In this document: piece by piece, positions 22,673-35,562 of the stretch
Numbering within the stretch: position 1 is the stretch's first letter
Layout: every line of letters begins with the position of its first letter
Source of the DNA: Penicillus capitatus
Lineage: Eukaryota > Plantae > Chlorophyta
Length of the DNA stretch: 64,000 bases
Assembly (NCBI GenBank): GCA_965649825.1
Contig: OZ287694.1
Coordinates: 1,885,192 to 1,949,191 of the forward strand
Direction of reading: 5' to 3'
Notes under the pieces: model-generated
The model's database searches: none
Told to the model about the DNA's origin: nothing
What the model saw: the letters and a program-made list of their open reading frames with translations, nothing else
Position numbers and translations under genes: made by a program

Positions 22673-25600
22673 TGTTGGGAATCGAATGTAAGAGTGGTTC
22701 AGACGATAGTCGAGTCCTTGCGCGTTGAGACGACGGAAACGCAATCAGATTTGATGCGATACGAACAGGAGTGTTTACAGGGTGAAATGTCGACCTTATA
22801 TACCCAGGGTGGTTATGGACTTCCTAACCTTACGTCCTAACAGCTGCGAACTCCTAGTGCATGCAGCATAACCACACCCCTTACGTTATGGGGAAGTTAG
22901 GTCGAGAGCCGACATCCGTCGCGACCGATGGTCGGCGCGCCTGGATGGTTATGTGACGGCTCCACCGCTTCCGGTGGTTACACAGATGACAGTTAAGGGT
23001 TCATTTCCTACAGTGACTCCTCCTCACTTAACACGTCACGTCCCGACGTTTAAGTGACAGAATGAACGAAAACACACAAGTCAGGTAAGAGGTAGAACCA
23101 TTGAGCGTCATGAGAACTTTATTGAGGAGCGATCCACGGCTTCACGCAGAACTGCGGTACTCTCTTCATGCGGCCATCGACCAGAACTCTGCAAGCTCCT
23201 TGATTACCCCACCACGTCACGACACCTTTCTCGAACGCTGCTTCGAGTTTCCCGTGGTCTTCAAGTCGATAGACGCGGACCTCTTTCCCAAGCTCGATGC
23301 GTGGGATCGCGGCTTCTGCAGTCCAGGACTCGCGGATCTTCTTCGCAGAGTCACGAAAACGCTCGCGACAAAGCGCAAGATCGGTCAGACGGTCTGCAAG
23401 GGCGGTCTGCAAGGGCTCTGCATCCCCTTTGCTCTCGCCGGCTAACAGATTCACTTCAGTGCGGCTTTTCGGCACGACCCCTGTGAGAAGTTCGAGTGGC
23501 GACAGGAACTTGCCTCGTCGTGCGTTCACAGCAAACGTCGCAGCCGGGAGGTTCTCGTCCCAGCTTCTCGGATTCTGGCACTTCCTCAGGCGGTCAAGGA
23601 CGAGGCGCTGTACGTTCTCGACTTTGCCATGGCTGCGGGGGTATCGTGGCGTCGACCATCGATGCTCGATCCCGAGATTCTTCACCGTCTCACTAAAAAC
23701 ACCTTGGAACTCCGTCCCGTTGTCCGTCAGGATTCTCTGCGGCACGCCCCAAGCGCAAACGACTTTATTGATAAGGAACTTGAGGGTCTTCGCAGCTCCC
23801 AAGGACGTCAATGCATCTGTTATTACGAATCCTGTGAAGCAGTCGATCGCCGTGACGAATCCTACTGCCTTCCTCGGCGTCGCCGGCAAGCCGACGACCG
23901 TGTCCAACTCGACCAGCTCCCATGGTTCTTCGATGGCAATGGGGATAGTGCTACGGATGGGGGGCTTGGAACCGAATAACTGGCAGGTTTGGCAGGTCTT
24001 CACGAGATCTTGTACTTGCTTGCGCATCTGCGGAAACCAATATCTTTGCCTTACTCGTTGTAACGTTATTTCGGCAGAAAAGTGTCCGACGCAGTGTTCT
24101 TCACCGACGACTGCGCGGACTTGGTTCGGCAGCAGACAAATCTTGCGCCGTCCATCTAAGTCTTCAAAGAAAAGATTGCGCTCACCCCACCGAAATCGAC
24201 TGTCCTGTTCGTTGACCGAGGGGAGGATTTCTGCGTACTCGCGGTAGGCTTGGAAAGCGGAAGCAACGTCTTCGGCCACGAGCGCTGGACATTCATCGCA
24301 TTCTTCTTCTTTATTGACTGGTCGAGGTTCCGAATCTTCATCGACCAGGCGACTCAGTCCATCAGCGTTGCGATGTCTCTCTCCGGGCCTCGTCACATAA
24401 TGGACGTCGTACTCGGACAAGATGAGCTTCCAACGGGCAATACGACCCGTCAGGTCTGTTTTGCGCAGCATATGTGACAATGCTGCATGGTCGGTTCGAG
24501 CGACCACCTTGCGTCCTAAGACATAGACGCGAAATTTCTTGAGCCCGGCAACCAATGCCAATCCTTCTCGCTCGGTGGCTGAGTATCGTGTCTCAGCATC
24601 CTTTAGGAGTCTGGAGTAGAAGTAGATCGGACGCTCTTCACCGTCTTGCTCCTGTGACAAAACGGCCCCGATTCCGTAAGAGCTGGCATCCGTGTCGACG
24701 AGAAAGGGCAGGTCTTCGTTGACCGCCGCCAAAACCGCTCCGTCGACAAGGAGCTTCTTCAACTCCTCCAGTGCCTTCTGGGCGTCGGGAGTCCACAAGA
24801 AGTCTCGTCGTGTCGAAAGGAGACTTGACATCGGCGCACTTACGCCCGCGAAGTTCTTCAGGAAGCGGCGATAATAGGAGAACATGCCGTAAAGAGATTG
24901 CAGTTGTTTTCTGTCCGTCGGCGAGGGCATCCTTGCGATTTTCTCAACTTTCGCTTCATCCATTCTCATCCCTTCTGGGCACAGCCGGTGGCCAAGGAAG
25001 TCGACTTCTCGATAGCCAATAAAGCACTTCTTCGGTTTCAGGCGGAGCCCTCCATTGCGACAGCGCTGAAACACACGCCGCAAGTCTTCAATGATCCCGG
25101 TTTCGTCTTGGTGTGCACAACAGACGTCGTCGATGAAGACGCCGACTCGGTCCAATCCGCCATAGACTTGCTCGACCAAGCGCGAGTAGGCAGCCGGACC
25201 GTTCGTCACTCCAAAGGGGAGGACAAGCCAGCAATAGACACCGAAGCTTGTGGCGAAGGCCGTCTTTAGTACGGATTCAGGATGCAGACCAAGGGAATAA
25301 TATCCACTGAATCCGTCGAGGGCCGAGTACCACGCGTGACCCATGACGCGGTCCAGCAGGTCGTCCGCCCGTGGCAGCACGAACTTGTCTGGAATGGTGG
25401 CGTCGTTGAGGCGCTGGTACGCACAACAGAATCGAAAGGTACCGTCTTTCTTTGGGGCGATGGTGATCGGCGACAACCAACGATCCTTGCGTTTTGGGCA
25501 ACCATATTTTCTCGCGGCCTCTTCCCACGGGATGATTAGCTTGGCTTCAAGCAGCTCGTCGATTTGTGCCTTGACGAACTCAGTTTCTTTTGGCGCCAGG

Positions 25601-27943
25601 CGTCGCGTCCGGCCACAGCGCTTCGCGACTTCTCCTTGACGCAACTCGATTTCAAATTGCATGAGCGGTGTTCTGACCATGTCTTGAAAGGTTAGTGCAA
25701 AGCAGTCTACGTATTCACTGACGAGAGAGCGGATATCCGAAAGCACCTCAGGCTTCAATTTCGGGTTGACGTGCAATTCGCCAAGCACTTGGTCACTCAG
25801 TGCAAGGAAGCATTCGTCCTCGTCCTCACTCTCGCTATCGCTGGCGAGGGCTTGCATTTGCTCGATCAACTCCTCCAGTGCAGCGGCCATATCGGATTCG
25901 CTGCTGGCATCGGAGGTATCGTCTTCAACAGCTGCGGGTTGCTTTTTCGCGAAAAACAGTTTGCGCCACTTCGGCACGACCGTAATGCGCTTCTTCACTC
26001 CGAAGGTATATGTTCCTTCTTCGAAGTCGGCTCGGCTGCGGACGGTGCGCAGCCAGTCCGTACCGAGAAGAATGTCATATGAATTCTTCGTCGGCAGGAC
26101 ACTGAAAGCTTGATGTATCCAAACACCGCCCACTTCGACGCGAACTTCGTCAGTGCGTCCTAGCGGCTTCTGGACAGAACCATCCGCAAGCAGTAACGTT
26201 CCTTGGCTGGGCGTAGTGTGCCTGATGCGGAATTGACGGGCGAATTCCGCATCCATTATGGAGTTCGAGGAGCCAGGGTCTACAATCACCTTGGGCACGA
26301 ACTGCCCTGCGACGAATACCTTGCATCGCTCGAGCCAGTCCCTGCCGCCTCGTTTCTGTGCGAGGGTGGCTTGGTACGGCTGCGGTCCTTGCGGTTGTTG
26401 AGCTGCCGGTTCCATATATACGTCGGTCTGCTGCGGTGGTGCTGAGGCAGAAGGCTCATCCTCGCCCTTCTTCTTTTTAGGCTTTGGAGTGAAACCGAAC
26501 GCGTCTCTTAGCGCCAGTATCACTTGGGAGTAGACTTCACGTTTGCTGCGTCCTTTCAGGAAACGCAGCGGAATGGCCCATGCTTGAGCAGCGTAATCCG
26601 CCCACTCACGGTCGAGCTCGGGCTTCTTACGCGGTTTCCGCGCTTTTTTCCCAGCCGCACCTCGGCGTCGCTTACTGGGTTGCTGCTCATCTTCATCCGC
26701 CATTCTGGCGGTTGCTTCAGCCCTCTCGTTGTCTTCACCCTCGGACACAGACTCAACGAAGCGAGACGCGTTGCATTCCGCGCGTCTTGCGCGTCGCTTT
26801 TCCTGCCTCTTTGCAAGCAGGCCTGTCAGTCCGGAGATGAGTTGACGGAGTTCTTCGTCTTCGGAGTCATCCGCCGCCGGTTCCTCAGCCACGATGGTTG
26901 TGGTTCTTCGCCCTGTCTTCGCAAGGCGACGAGCTCCGTTCTCCTTGAGGACCGTCGGATGGTTACGATTTTCATGTTGGGGTTCAGGTTCGTCTTCCTC
27001 TTCGTCAGTCTCCTCGTACCCTCGGACATTCTTGCGCGCCTCCGTCGCGTACTTCGCATAGCGAACGGCATATTCGTAGGTTGGCGCGTTGTTGCTTGCA
27101 GCAAGTCGAGTGAATGCGTATTCTGCCGCGCGGTCATTCCGGAGGCCTCTCAGCCAGTACTTGTAGTAATCGTCTGGGTCGACAGCAGGCTGAGCTCTAG
27201 AACACATCAAGGCGAAGCGCTCAGCGTACGCGATCAAGGATTCTCGTCGCTTCTGGAAGATGTGTCTGAGCTGGTCTCTGGCGCGGTCAGGGTCCTGGTC
27301 GCGAACAAAACGGTCGATCACCAGCTGACTCCAATCGGCCCAGTCGATATTCAGATGGGCGTCGGCGTCATGGTGCAGTTCCGCCCAATCCGCGGCTGGT
27401 CCGTCAAGCAAGGTGACGGCGATTTCGGCTCGCGTCCCGGGCTGGTCCTCTATTTGCTGCAGGCGGAAGAGCGAGGTCATCTTGCTGACCCATCTCCTAG
27501 GGTCAGTGCGTCCATCGTAACGCGGGAAGGCAATCGACTCAATGCGCATGGCTTGTCAGAGATGATAGAAAACGCTCGACAGTTGCCCCGGAGGTCCACC
27601 AGATGTTGGGAATCGAATGTAAGAGTGGTTCAGACGATAGTCGAGTCCTTGCGCGTTGAGACGACGGAAACGCAATCAGATTTGATGCGATACGAACAGG
27701 AGTGTTTACAGGGTGAAATGTCGACCTTATATACCCAGGGTGGTTATGGACTTCCTAACCTTACGTCCTAACAGCTGCGAACTCCTAGTGCATGCAGCAT
27801 AACCACACCCCTTACGTTATGGGGAAGTTAGGTCGAGAGCCGACATCCGTCGCGACCGATGGTCGGCGCGCCTGGATGGTTATGTGACGGCTCCACCGCT
27901 TCCGGTGGTTACACAGATGACAGTTAAGGGTTCATTTCCTACA
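22673..27943 (-). mobile_element. Full-length Ty3/Gypsy LTR retrotransposon
   Basis: 340-bp LTRs at 22673-23012 and 27604-27943, TG...CA, identical by eye. TSD GTTAT at 22668-22672 and 27944-27948. Primer-binding site (PBS) TGGTGGACCTCCGGGG at 27601-27586; polypurine tract (PPT) AAGTGAGGAGGAG next to the 3' LTR. Confidence 0.97.
23119..27549 (-). CDS. Gag-Pol polyprotein (1476 aa; Gag-PR-RT-RNaseH-IN)
   Basis: Single ORF with PR VIVDPGSS, RT LDGFSGYY and FIDDV, RNase H DTDASSYGIGAVLSQ, IN H..GH...CQTC, ELDTV, TDNGTEF and KVEN. Domain order is Gypsy-type. Confidence 0.97.
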   Translation of the reverse strand: MRIESIAFPRYDGRTDPRRWVSKMTSLFRLQQIEDQPGTRAEIAVTLLDGPAADWAELHHDADAHLNIDWADWSQLVIDRFVRDQDPDRARDQLRHIFQKRRESLIAYAERFALMCSRAQPAVDPDDYYKYWLRGLRNDRAAEYAFTRLAASNNAPTYEYAVRYAKYATEARKNVRGYEETDEEEDEPEPQHENRNHPTVLKENGARRLAKTGRRTTTIVAEEPAADDSEDEELRQLISGLTGLLAKRQEKRRARRAECNASRFVESVSEGEDNERAEATARMADEDEQQPSKRRRGAAGKKARKPRKKPELDREWADYAAQAWAIPLRFLKGRSKREVYSQVILALRDAFGFTPKPKKKKGEDEPSASAPPQQTDVYMEPAAQQPQGPQPYQATLAQKRGGRDWLERCKVFVAGQFVPKVIVDPGSSNSIMDAEFARQFRIRHTTPSQGTLLLADGSVQKPLGRTDEVRVEVGGVWIHQAFSVLPTKNSYDILLGTDWLRTVRSRADFEEGTYTFGVKKRITVVPKWRKLFFAKKQPAAVEDDTSDASSESDMAAALEELIEQMQALASDSESEDEDECFLALSDQVLGELHVNPKLKPEVLSDIRSLVSEYVDCFALTFQDMVRTPLMQFEIELRQGEVAKRCGRTRRLAPKETEFVKAQIDELLEAKLIIPWEEAARKYGCPKRKDRWLSPITIAPKKDGTFRFCCAYQRLNDATIPDKFVLPRADDLLDRVMGHAWYSALDGFSGYYSLGLHPESVLKTAFATSFGVYCWLVLPFGVTNGPAAYSRLVEQVYGGLDRVGVFIDDVCCAHQDETGIIEDLRRVFQRCRNGGLRLKPKKCFIGYREVDFLGHRLCPEGMRMDEAKVEKIARMPSPTDRKQLQSLYGMFSYYRRFLKNFAGVSAPMSSLLSTRRDFLWTPDAQKALEELKKLLVDGAVLAAVNEDLPFLVDTDASSYGIGAVLSQEQDGEERPIYFYSRLLKDAETRYSATEREGLALVAGLKKFRVYVLGRKVVARTDHAALSHMLRKTDLTGRIARWKLILSEYDVHYVTRPGERHRNADGLSRLVDEDSEPRPVNKEEECDECPALVAEDVASAFQAYREYAEILPSVNEQDSRFRWGERNLFFEDLDGRRKICLLPNQVRAVVGEEHCVGHFSAEITLQRVRQRYWFPQMRKQVQDLVKTCQTCQLFGSKPPIRSTIPIAIEEPWELVELDTVVGLPATPRKAVGFVTAIDCFTGFVITDALTSLGAAKTLKFLINKVVCAWGVPQRILTDNGTEFQGVFSETVKNLGIEHRWSTPRYPRSHGKVENVQRLVLDRLRKCQNPRSWDENLPAATFAVNARRGKFLSPLELLTGVVPKSRTEVNLLAGESKGDAEPLQTALADRLTDLALCRERFRDSAKKIRESWTAEAAIPRIELGKEVRVYRLEDHGKLEAAFEKGVVTWWGNQGACRVLVDGRMKRVPQFCVKPWIAPQ

Positions 27944-30900
27944 GTTATTCAACCGCCGTTAGAATGGAAGCCGGAAGACGTAGACCGGTGAGCAGCATTG
28001 CGCGTTTCGACCTACCTTTCACTGCTCATTCTGATTAACGGACAGGTTCGTCTCCGAGCATGGAACCCGTGTTATTGATGCCAAGGACGAGTGCGGATTG
28101 CCTATTTACTGGGATGCCATTCTGAAAGGGCAATACGACTGCGCAAACATGCTGATCGGTTACGCAAAGAACAACGGAATTGCCGTGACATTTCGAGAAG
28201 AGGATGCAGATCTGCTGTTGTGGGCAATCGAGACAGATTTATACAACATTGTCAGATTCATTCTGGAAAAGCTCACGGAGAAATGCGCTTCTGTTGAAGA
28301 AACGAGCGATCTCCTAACGAGACATCTACTCACCATCGGCGAAAGATGTCCCGAAATGCTAGCTGATCTCCTCGAGAACGATAAGTTTACCATCGAGTAT
28401 GCCAGATTTCAAGTACCGAAGGCTGTTTTTGATAGCAACAGCAAGATTCCAAAAACCATGATCACAAGGACGATACCGGACAACTGGGCGGCGATGGATG
28501 GGGAACAGGGAAAGGGTTTATGGATCGAGCGCTGGAGACAAGAGGCTCATTCATTGGGCACCACTTCAGATGCGCAGATGTGGGTCGTTGCTAAGGTTTT
28601 CTGCATCAATTTTTCAGTACCTCGGAAAGAACAGAACGCATTGCTATCGTCTTTCCTGTGTATACTCGACCTCCCGAGCACCGAGGAGAAGCAGCGTCCT
28701 TGCGAATACCTCTACGATCTGCGCTTTCCAGTGGAAGTTTTCGAATCTGAAACGATGGTGAATTTCATTGACCACTGGTTTCGAGTTTATCTCCCCATCT
28801 ACCAAATCATCATCATCCTGGATAGCGTAGCCACTTTAGCCTTTACAATCTTCTCCTTGACATTTGGACATCCAGACGAAATCGGAAATACAAGTTTTAG
28901 ACTTTTGATGTGCCTGATATTCACTCCCACCATTCTAAAATCTTTTGGAGCGTATTACATCCGGTCTTTTCGAAGGTCAGCAACCACTCGCATGCTTCTT
29001 CTTCCGGCTATTTCTGAGATAGATGGGTGCAGGTTCAGTAGCTGGATGATTGACTTTACGTTGATGCTGCTAGCCCTTTACACTCACGAACATGATCATC
29101 TCATCAAACCTTGCGCCTTTCTGATGTCCCTCATGTGCATCCTTCAATGGATCTCGGTATTTACCAAATCAATTCTGCCTTCACTTAGTTTGTTCACGCA
29201 CTCTAGATGTTTTTCTTGTTGCAGCCGTTTGAACAAATCGGGACGTTCGTCTCAATGATGACTTCAGCCGTCTTGAACTCCTGGCGTTTTTTGTTGTTAA
29301 TTACTCTGTTCATTGTCGGGTATTCGTCAGCATTTGTGGCACTCTATAATAATGTGTCCATTGGAGATGACGAAGGAAACTTCGATTCTCTTTGGCATGC
29401 AATCCAAACCTTCATCTTCGCATGTCTTGGGAACTTCGAAGTAGAAGTACGTTCTCATTAACTTCCCCTGCTATGTCTTTGATGTTAAATCTGATGCTCA
29501 TGTAGATGTTTCGTTCCTCAAACAGCTTTTTTGCGATTTGGGCCACTCTGCTGTTTGTTTCATTCGTCTACATTTTGCCGATCATACTGATCAGTGTGCT
29601 GATCGCCATTGTGCAAGATATCTACGACAGAGTTCGATCGAAGGAGAAAGCAGAGCTGCGAAGACTCCGTCTACAGATTGTCTCCGGATTTCAATGTCTG
29701 AGTTTTGACAAAGAACACACATGGTAAGTCTTCGAAGCATCGTCGGAATCTAAAGCTCACTGTCATGTTTGATGGCGCTGCAGCAACCTTATTGCGCTTT
29801 TCCTTCGCTTTTTGTCAGGCCGTTTACGTCGACTCTTTCGCCCACTGCAACATACAAGGACGGCTGATGAAGTTATCGAGAATGAATTGAATGGACATTA
29901 CTTCCACTTTCTGGTTCCTGAAGTCAATGGACTAGAATCACATCACGACGAATGGCAGGGCAAACTGGTGGCAATGGAAAGAACCATAAAGTCAGAGGTC
30001 CAAAAGAATGAGAGAAGTTTGAAGGAGAAACTCGAACTACTGGAACGCAAGATAGATAAACTGACAACAATGTTTGAGGCTTGACAAGGAAACTACAGAA
30101 GACGACAACCTCCAGGAGGAAAGCTTGAAGGTGTTATGCCAAAGGGAGAATGGACAAATGGAAACTGTAGTGGATTGAATCCTTCACAAATTGGATGCGA
30201 TTGATCTATCTTCCAATTGAACAGTATCGTGGCACATTTAAACGCACAGTGTTTAGCGTAAAGCTCCTTCAGGAGACTTCCATTTCTTAATTGCATAGAG
30301 CAAACGTCGATTGCCATTTACTCTGAGCATTTTAGGAGTATCTTTTGTTGACACCACCAACCGCATCAGGTTTTTCTAAATGTGCGTGTGACGATGACCT
30401 ATGTGTTGCCAATGAGTTTGATGAACGACAGAAATTGCTGTTGAACAATCAAATGTTTACAAGTCCATTGTTAATCGTCGAGAATGGGACAAATCTGTAA
30501 GCATTGGAGCACTTTGAGATTCGCTTTCTGGTTCTCCCATATAAGCTGACAGGCATGCTTGTTCCGATAGGCTGTAGGCCGGGTTGCCATACACCTCCAA
30601 AGGACGGCTGGCGATATACTTTACCCGAGGGCGACGGCTGACTGGGAAAAAGATTTAGGTATCAATCCGTGCAGAGAGATATTCCGTTCTGTCGTTCGGC
30701 TGGAAATATCGGCGGCCGTGAGGTGGTCAACTACTAAGTTTCGTCCATACCTCTCGATCGCTGATCTTTGCATCGTATTCACTTTATGTCTTACGGGATC
30801 CTGCTTTCCTCGGCAATGGGCTCTCTGTTGTTCGATTTTCTTTCTTCTTCCGTGTCAGGAAAGGACTGTCCTTTCCTAGCTTCTGTGCACAACACGATGC

Positions 30901-32974
30901 ACCGAGCGCACGTACACTGACTGCTAAGTTGTAGAGTGATATGCCTTGCGTCACTCGGTTCTTCATTTCTCGTTCTAGAACGAGAAATGAAGAACAGGGT
31001 ACAGTTAATTACACTTACGACTAAATAACTGTTTTGGGAGCTGCTGGATCTGACACTCATCTTACTTCTTTGCTTGGCAATAGTACTTACCGCCAGACTG
31101 ATCTACTATGTTGGGAATTCGGGACGACATGCACAGTTGGATATCCCTATCGTGCTTAAAAGAGTGTTGCCTTCTTGGGTAATGCTTAGTCGGATGACAA
31201 ATCACAGCAGCTTCCTTCCTGTCCAATTGATAGTCGGCCACCGATGCTTCCTCTGTTAATGTCGCAGATGTCTTTACGTCGGCGATGGCAGAAGACACTG
31301 CCCGGTCTCATAATCAGTATCGCTGTTCAAGTCATGATTTCAATAGGGAGCCCGGTCGATGGCATCTGTTATCTTCGACATTTGGCTACGTGTCTCACCT
31401 GTAAGAAGACAGTATTTTGTTTGGTTCTGTGAGTCTGCATCTCCACGTTAGCCAGGCCAGCCGATCTCAATGGCCGATAAGAGGTCTGGATGTGAACGTA
31501 ATCTTAGATAGCCATTGAAGACTTAATCATGGTCTTCAAAACCATTTGTTAATTTGGGTTAGAGACTAAGGGTCTGTGGCTACAAAGTCTGTCTCCCTTC
31601 AATCTCGAAGTAATCATGTCGCACAATAGATAGGCTGTCTAGTTCGAAAAATAATATCAAAGGTATTGACACATCGGAGCGATAGGACGACACAGAGATT
31701 GGCTGTCTTAAGTTCAAGGTCGGTAGAGCGCGACACGGGAACAGCAGAAAACAAGTTCCTCTCGCACCTTGTTTTCCAAAGCGCATCCATCTCTAAACGT
31801 TCTGTTTGCCTGTCTACGATAACAGGTTCAAGATAATCTAGGGTTCGACAATACAGGTATGTATGAAGAGACAAAGTATAGTGTGCGCTTTCCAATACTT
31901 TATCCTCGTTATCTCGGAACATCAACGCCGCTGCCTTCGCTGCCACTTTCTTCAGAAGGATGTGTCGGAGTGTCAAAGCAAGGATAGATTACCTGCCGAT
32001 CCGAAGCCTGTTGTTCAGAGATGCATCGGATCTCGATTCCGTGTCCAATCCCATCCATCGAAGAATCTCACCCTTCTAATTCTCCGTGTATCGACATACA
32101 CTGACTGCTCAGGCGGCCGTGACACTTCTCCATTTGGGGTACGATCTTTCGACACCTCCCACGTCAGAACGCAACTCTCTCGGTCAAAATCTAAACCTGA
32201 ATACTCGATGCGAGCGGATGCCGATTGCGGTTTGCAGAACACTGAGACGCTTGAAGTGACCGCTGTCATAACAGCTTGATGACGGGAAGGAAAAGAGACA
32301 AAGACGACATCACACGACAACGAAAGGATAAGAGATCGCATCTCTCTAAAGAGAGTTTTACGGCAATCGTTCATTGCTCCGTCGAGATTCCCATAAGACA
32401 ACAAGTGCGACGATCATGCGAGAAGAGAGGATGATGAGATGACGAATCCTTCAAACAGTTTGGATCTACACATCAGTCAAAACGGTTGTCTCCTTAAATA
32501 CCTGTGTTGCTTGATGTTCTAGTTAAGTATAACAGACTCCTCTAATACTCAAGGCCGCGAGATCTTTACTCTCTCCATCTGAAGCGCAATAGCTCGTAGA
32601 GTCTTGATCAGCCAAAGGAAGATGGAGTTGTCGCGGCGGCATCGCAGGGATACACTTTTCAGACTCCCATCACATTACATACACTACCAATTAAGAATTC
32701 ACGTCGTTCTTTCGTTTCATTCCCGAGTAACTAGTGGAAATCTATGCGTTGTTTGAACAATGATGCATTCAGAAAGCGATGAAATGAATGGTTACTAGAA
32801 ATCCCATTGGGAAGCGCTTCTGCAGCCATCGACAACAGAGAAAGGAGTGCAAAAATATCATCGGACATGTCAGCAGCAGCTTCCCGTTAAACAGGCCTCT
32901 TGGTAAAGGGCAACATAGCGAGAGGGAAGATGTCGTTGCAAAGCAGATTAGTGTGTATGCTTAGCAGCAATCGC

Positions 32975-35562
32975 TTACGTCAAAGAAGGCTCAGGACTGG
33001 CGAGCTTTTGAAGGATCTGGTCGATAGCGGTTTTCATATCACTCATAGTCTCATCCATCTTGCGCATCTCACCCATGGTCTCCTCCATCTTGCGCAGTCT
33101 GTCGAACACTGCGATCAACTCGTTCTTCGTATTTTGACGAATCTCTGAATAAAGCATCGTCGACTGAGAAACAAAGACTATAGTCTCGGGTACTGGGCTA
33201 ACCGCCAAGAGCTTTGTTGTTCTTTCCAGCTTCGAACCTGATTGTTTTTTTGATTGCGGCAAGTTTGCCATGCCATTCCTCGTTCAAAGATCCTTCTTCA
33301 ACGCCTTCAGGAACGAGGAAATGAAAGTACGTGCCCTCGATCTTGTCAAGTTCCGTGTTCTTGCGACGTATCACCCACAGTACAGTCTTGTATATCCATG
33401 GGGTGCAGAATTCGCCACAGATTTCCGACTCTACACACCTAAATATCAAAACAAACCCAAATCTGTGAGGCATTTTAATCGTCTGAGTGGTTTTACCACT
33501 TAACAAACCATCCAACCATGGCACAGTCGAATACCGCTTGCAGTCGGTACATCGTCTGTTCACCTATCTCTTTTGACCGAACTCTGTCGTGGGTGTCGGT
33601 CAGGATGGAAATCAGCAAACTCATGAGTGCGATAGGCCCGATGTAGACGAAAGAATTGAAGAGCAAAGCCCTCCAGACTGTAAGAAAGTCACTGGACGGG
33701 CGAAGCATCTGCATCAGGTAATCTCAGTCAGAGAGGCCAAGAAATGCTGTCTGCTGACAGAGCTCACCTCGGGTTCAAAGTTCCCGAGCCCTGTGTGGAA
33801 CAGTGTCTCTAGCGCATGTGGAAAGGTATTGAAGTTTTCTCCATCGCCATCGCCATCGCCCATGTTAAAAAGAACCATGAAAGCTGCAGAATACCCAATC
33901 GTCAGTAACAAGCCCATCATCGCGAACGGCAGCGAGTCGTTCATTGCATAGCCCACCATCGAAACGAAGGGTCCAAATCGACCGAAAGGTCGAAGGGTCC
34001 GGAAGAACTGATCAACAACCATCGCACGACGACAGCGCAGGAGAAGGATCTTTAGGAGAAACTTACCACGACCCAGCAGAGGATGCATCCAACAGATGTT
34101 GTGAAGGCAGCAAAGGTGGTGCAATGGTAAGTGTTGTATGTGTGTGCAAAGAGCACGACGTCGATGATGAGCATAACGACCCTAGGTACAAACGTCAAGG
34201 ATGTATGAATTGGGGATACTTGCTTAACTGCCTTACCTTAGCAGTGAAAAGGAACAAAGAATTCCCAGTAGATTCGCAAAGCATGACACCGCTATGAGTG
34301 TTATGACAGTTCCACGACTGACTGGCTCGGCATCGGCATCGTCTTTATGGCTGTATAGGATGGCGAAGACCGTGAATGCCACGGCAACCACGACATCCAG
34401 CAGGACACCCATCAAGTAGAAGTTGCGATAGAAGCCATAGAACCAGTCAACAAGGGCTCGTGCTGTCTCCGACGTAGAGATTTTCGCTCCTTCTGTCGCG
34501 CCGAGAAGATGATACTTCACGATATTGAAACCCGATCCTCTACGCAAAAGCACTCGATTCAGCTGAACAGCATCAGGAACATACTCCGTTTCTAATAGCG
34601 CCCAGAAATCGTCATTAGCGATGCAATTGAATTTTGCAACTGCTTTGATCTGCTCGCCTTCGGTGTCTGACAATCTCTGCCCGTATTTGCTTTTCTGGAT
34701 CCAGAGGTCCTTTGCCGCACGGTTATCCATTGTCCAGCTTTCCAGATGATGATCCGTAGACATCGCAATTGGTGTTCTTGCATTTCTGCCGAACAGAGTT
34801 TTCGGCACTTTGAACCTGGCGTACTCGATTGCGAATCTGTCTTTCTTAATGTAGTCGTATGTAATCTCATGGACGTCGGACATGAGAGAAATATAATGAT
34901 GCTGTAGGAGTTTGACTGTCTCTACCAGTGTCGCATATTTTCCTGCGAGCATGTCCAGAACGAACCTGACATGGACGTCAGATCCGTTGTCGATGGCTCT
35001 GCTCAAAAGATCTCCGCTTTCGCATTCGAACGTCACAGGAATCCCATTGCTCTTCGCATAATCGAGGAGTGAACTCGCGCAGTCAAGTCGGCCGCTCTTC
35101 ACGGCATCGTAGAAAATTGGATCGCCTTCTGCGTCAACGGCATCGACAATGCGAGTCCCGTGTTCGGAAATGAGTCTATCCAGTTCACAAGACCGTTAAC
35201 GAACCATACAGAGCACGAAGCGATGCTTACTGTCTGGTGTCCTCCAACGTCCACTCCGACGGAGGCTCGAGGAACCACTCTCTCCTCTCGCCGGAGGCCG
35301 AGTCGCCGCCATCTGCAGTAGCACGCAACCGTCACCTCCGTGACGGAGATTAGAAAGCGGGACGGGAAGTCCACGCACCGTTTGCCGTCTCCTCTTTCGG
35401 CTGTTTTCTACTGTCTTCAGTGCTCGTCGAGAGTTTCGGCTCTTGACGTGGTGCACCATTCTGCTGAAGTTGAGATGAAGACGCTTCCTTTGAGGAATTC
35501 ATGTGCTCGACTGGTAATAAGCTTTCCATTTCTTCGGCAATCTCTTGAGGGGCTGAAGACAT
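32975..35562 (-). CDS. Ankyrin-TRP-type cation channel gene 2 (multi-exon, apparently intact)
   Basis: ATG at 35562. Spliced model gives DGGDSASGERREWFLEPPSEWTLEDTRQLISEHGTRIVDAVDAEGDPIFYDAVKSG, then TM helices, pore HALETLFHTGLGNFEPE, S6 MSLLISILTDTHDRVRSKE and a coiled coil ending EPSLT*. Confidence 0.8.

Larger units (their letters stand above)
22525..30084 (+). pseudogene. Ankyrin-TRP-type cation channel gene 1, exon 2 split by the Gypsy element
   Basis: Removing the element and one GTTAT restores GQSSGSSNDPRRCVIQPPLEWKPEDVDR/FVSEHGTRVIDAKDECGLPIYWDAILKG (ankyrin-like). TM helices, pore HAIQTFIFACLGNFEVE, S6 ILISVLIAIVQDIYDRV and a C-terminal coiled coil follow. Start codon tentative. 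Confidence 0.8.

Noticed and set aside
23297-27771. Plus-strand ORFs 23297-24247 and 26524-27771
   Set aside because: Antisense shadows of the Gypsy gag-pol frame with no recognisable motifs.
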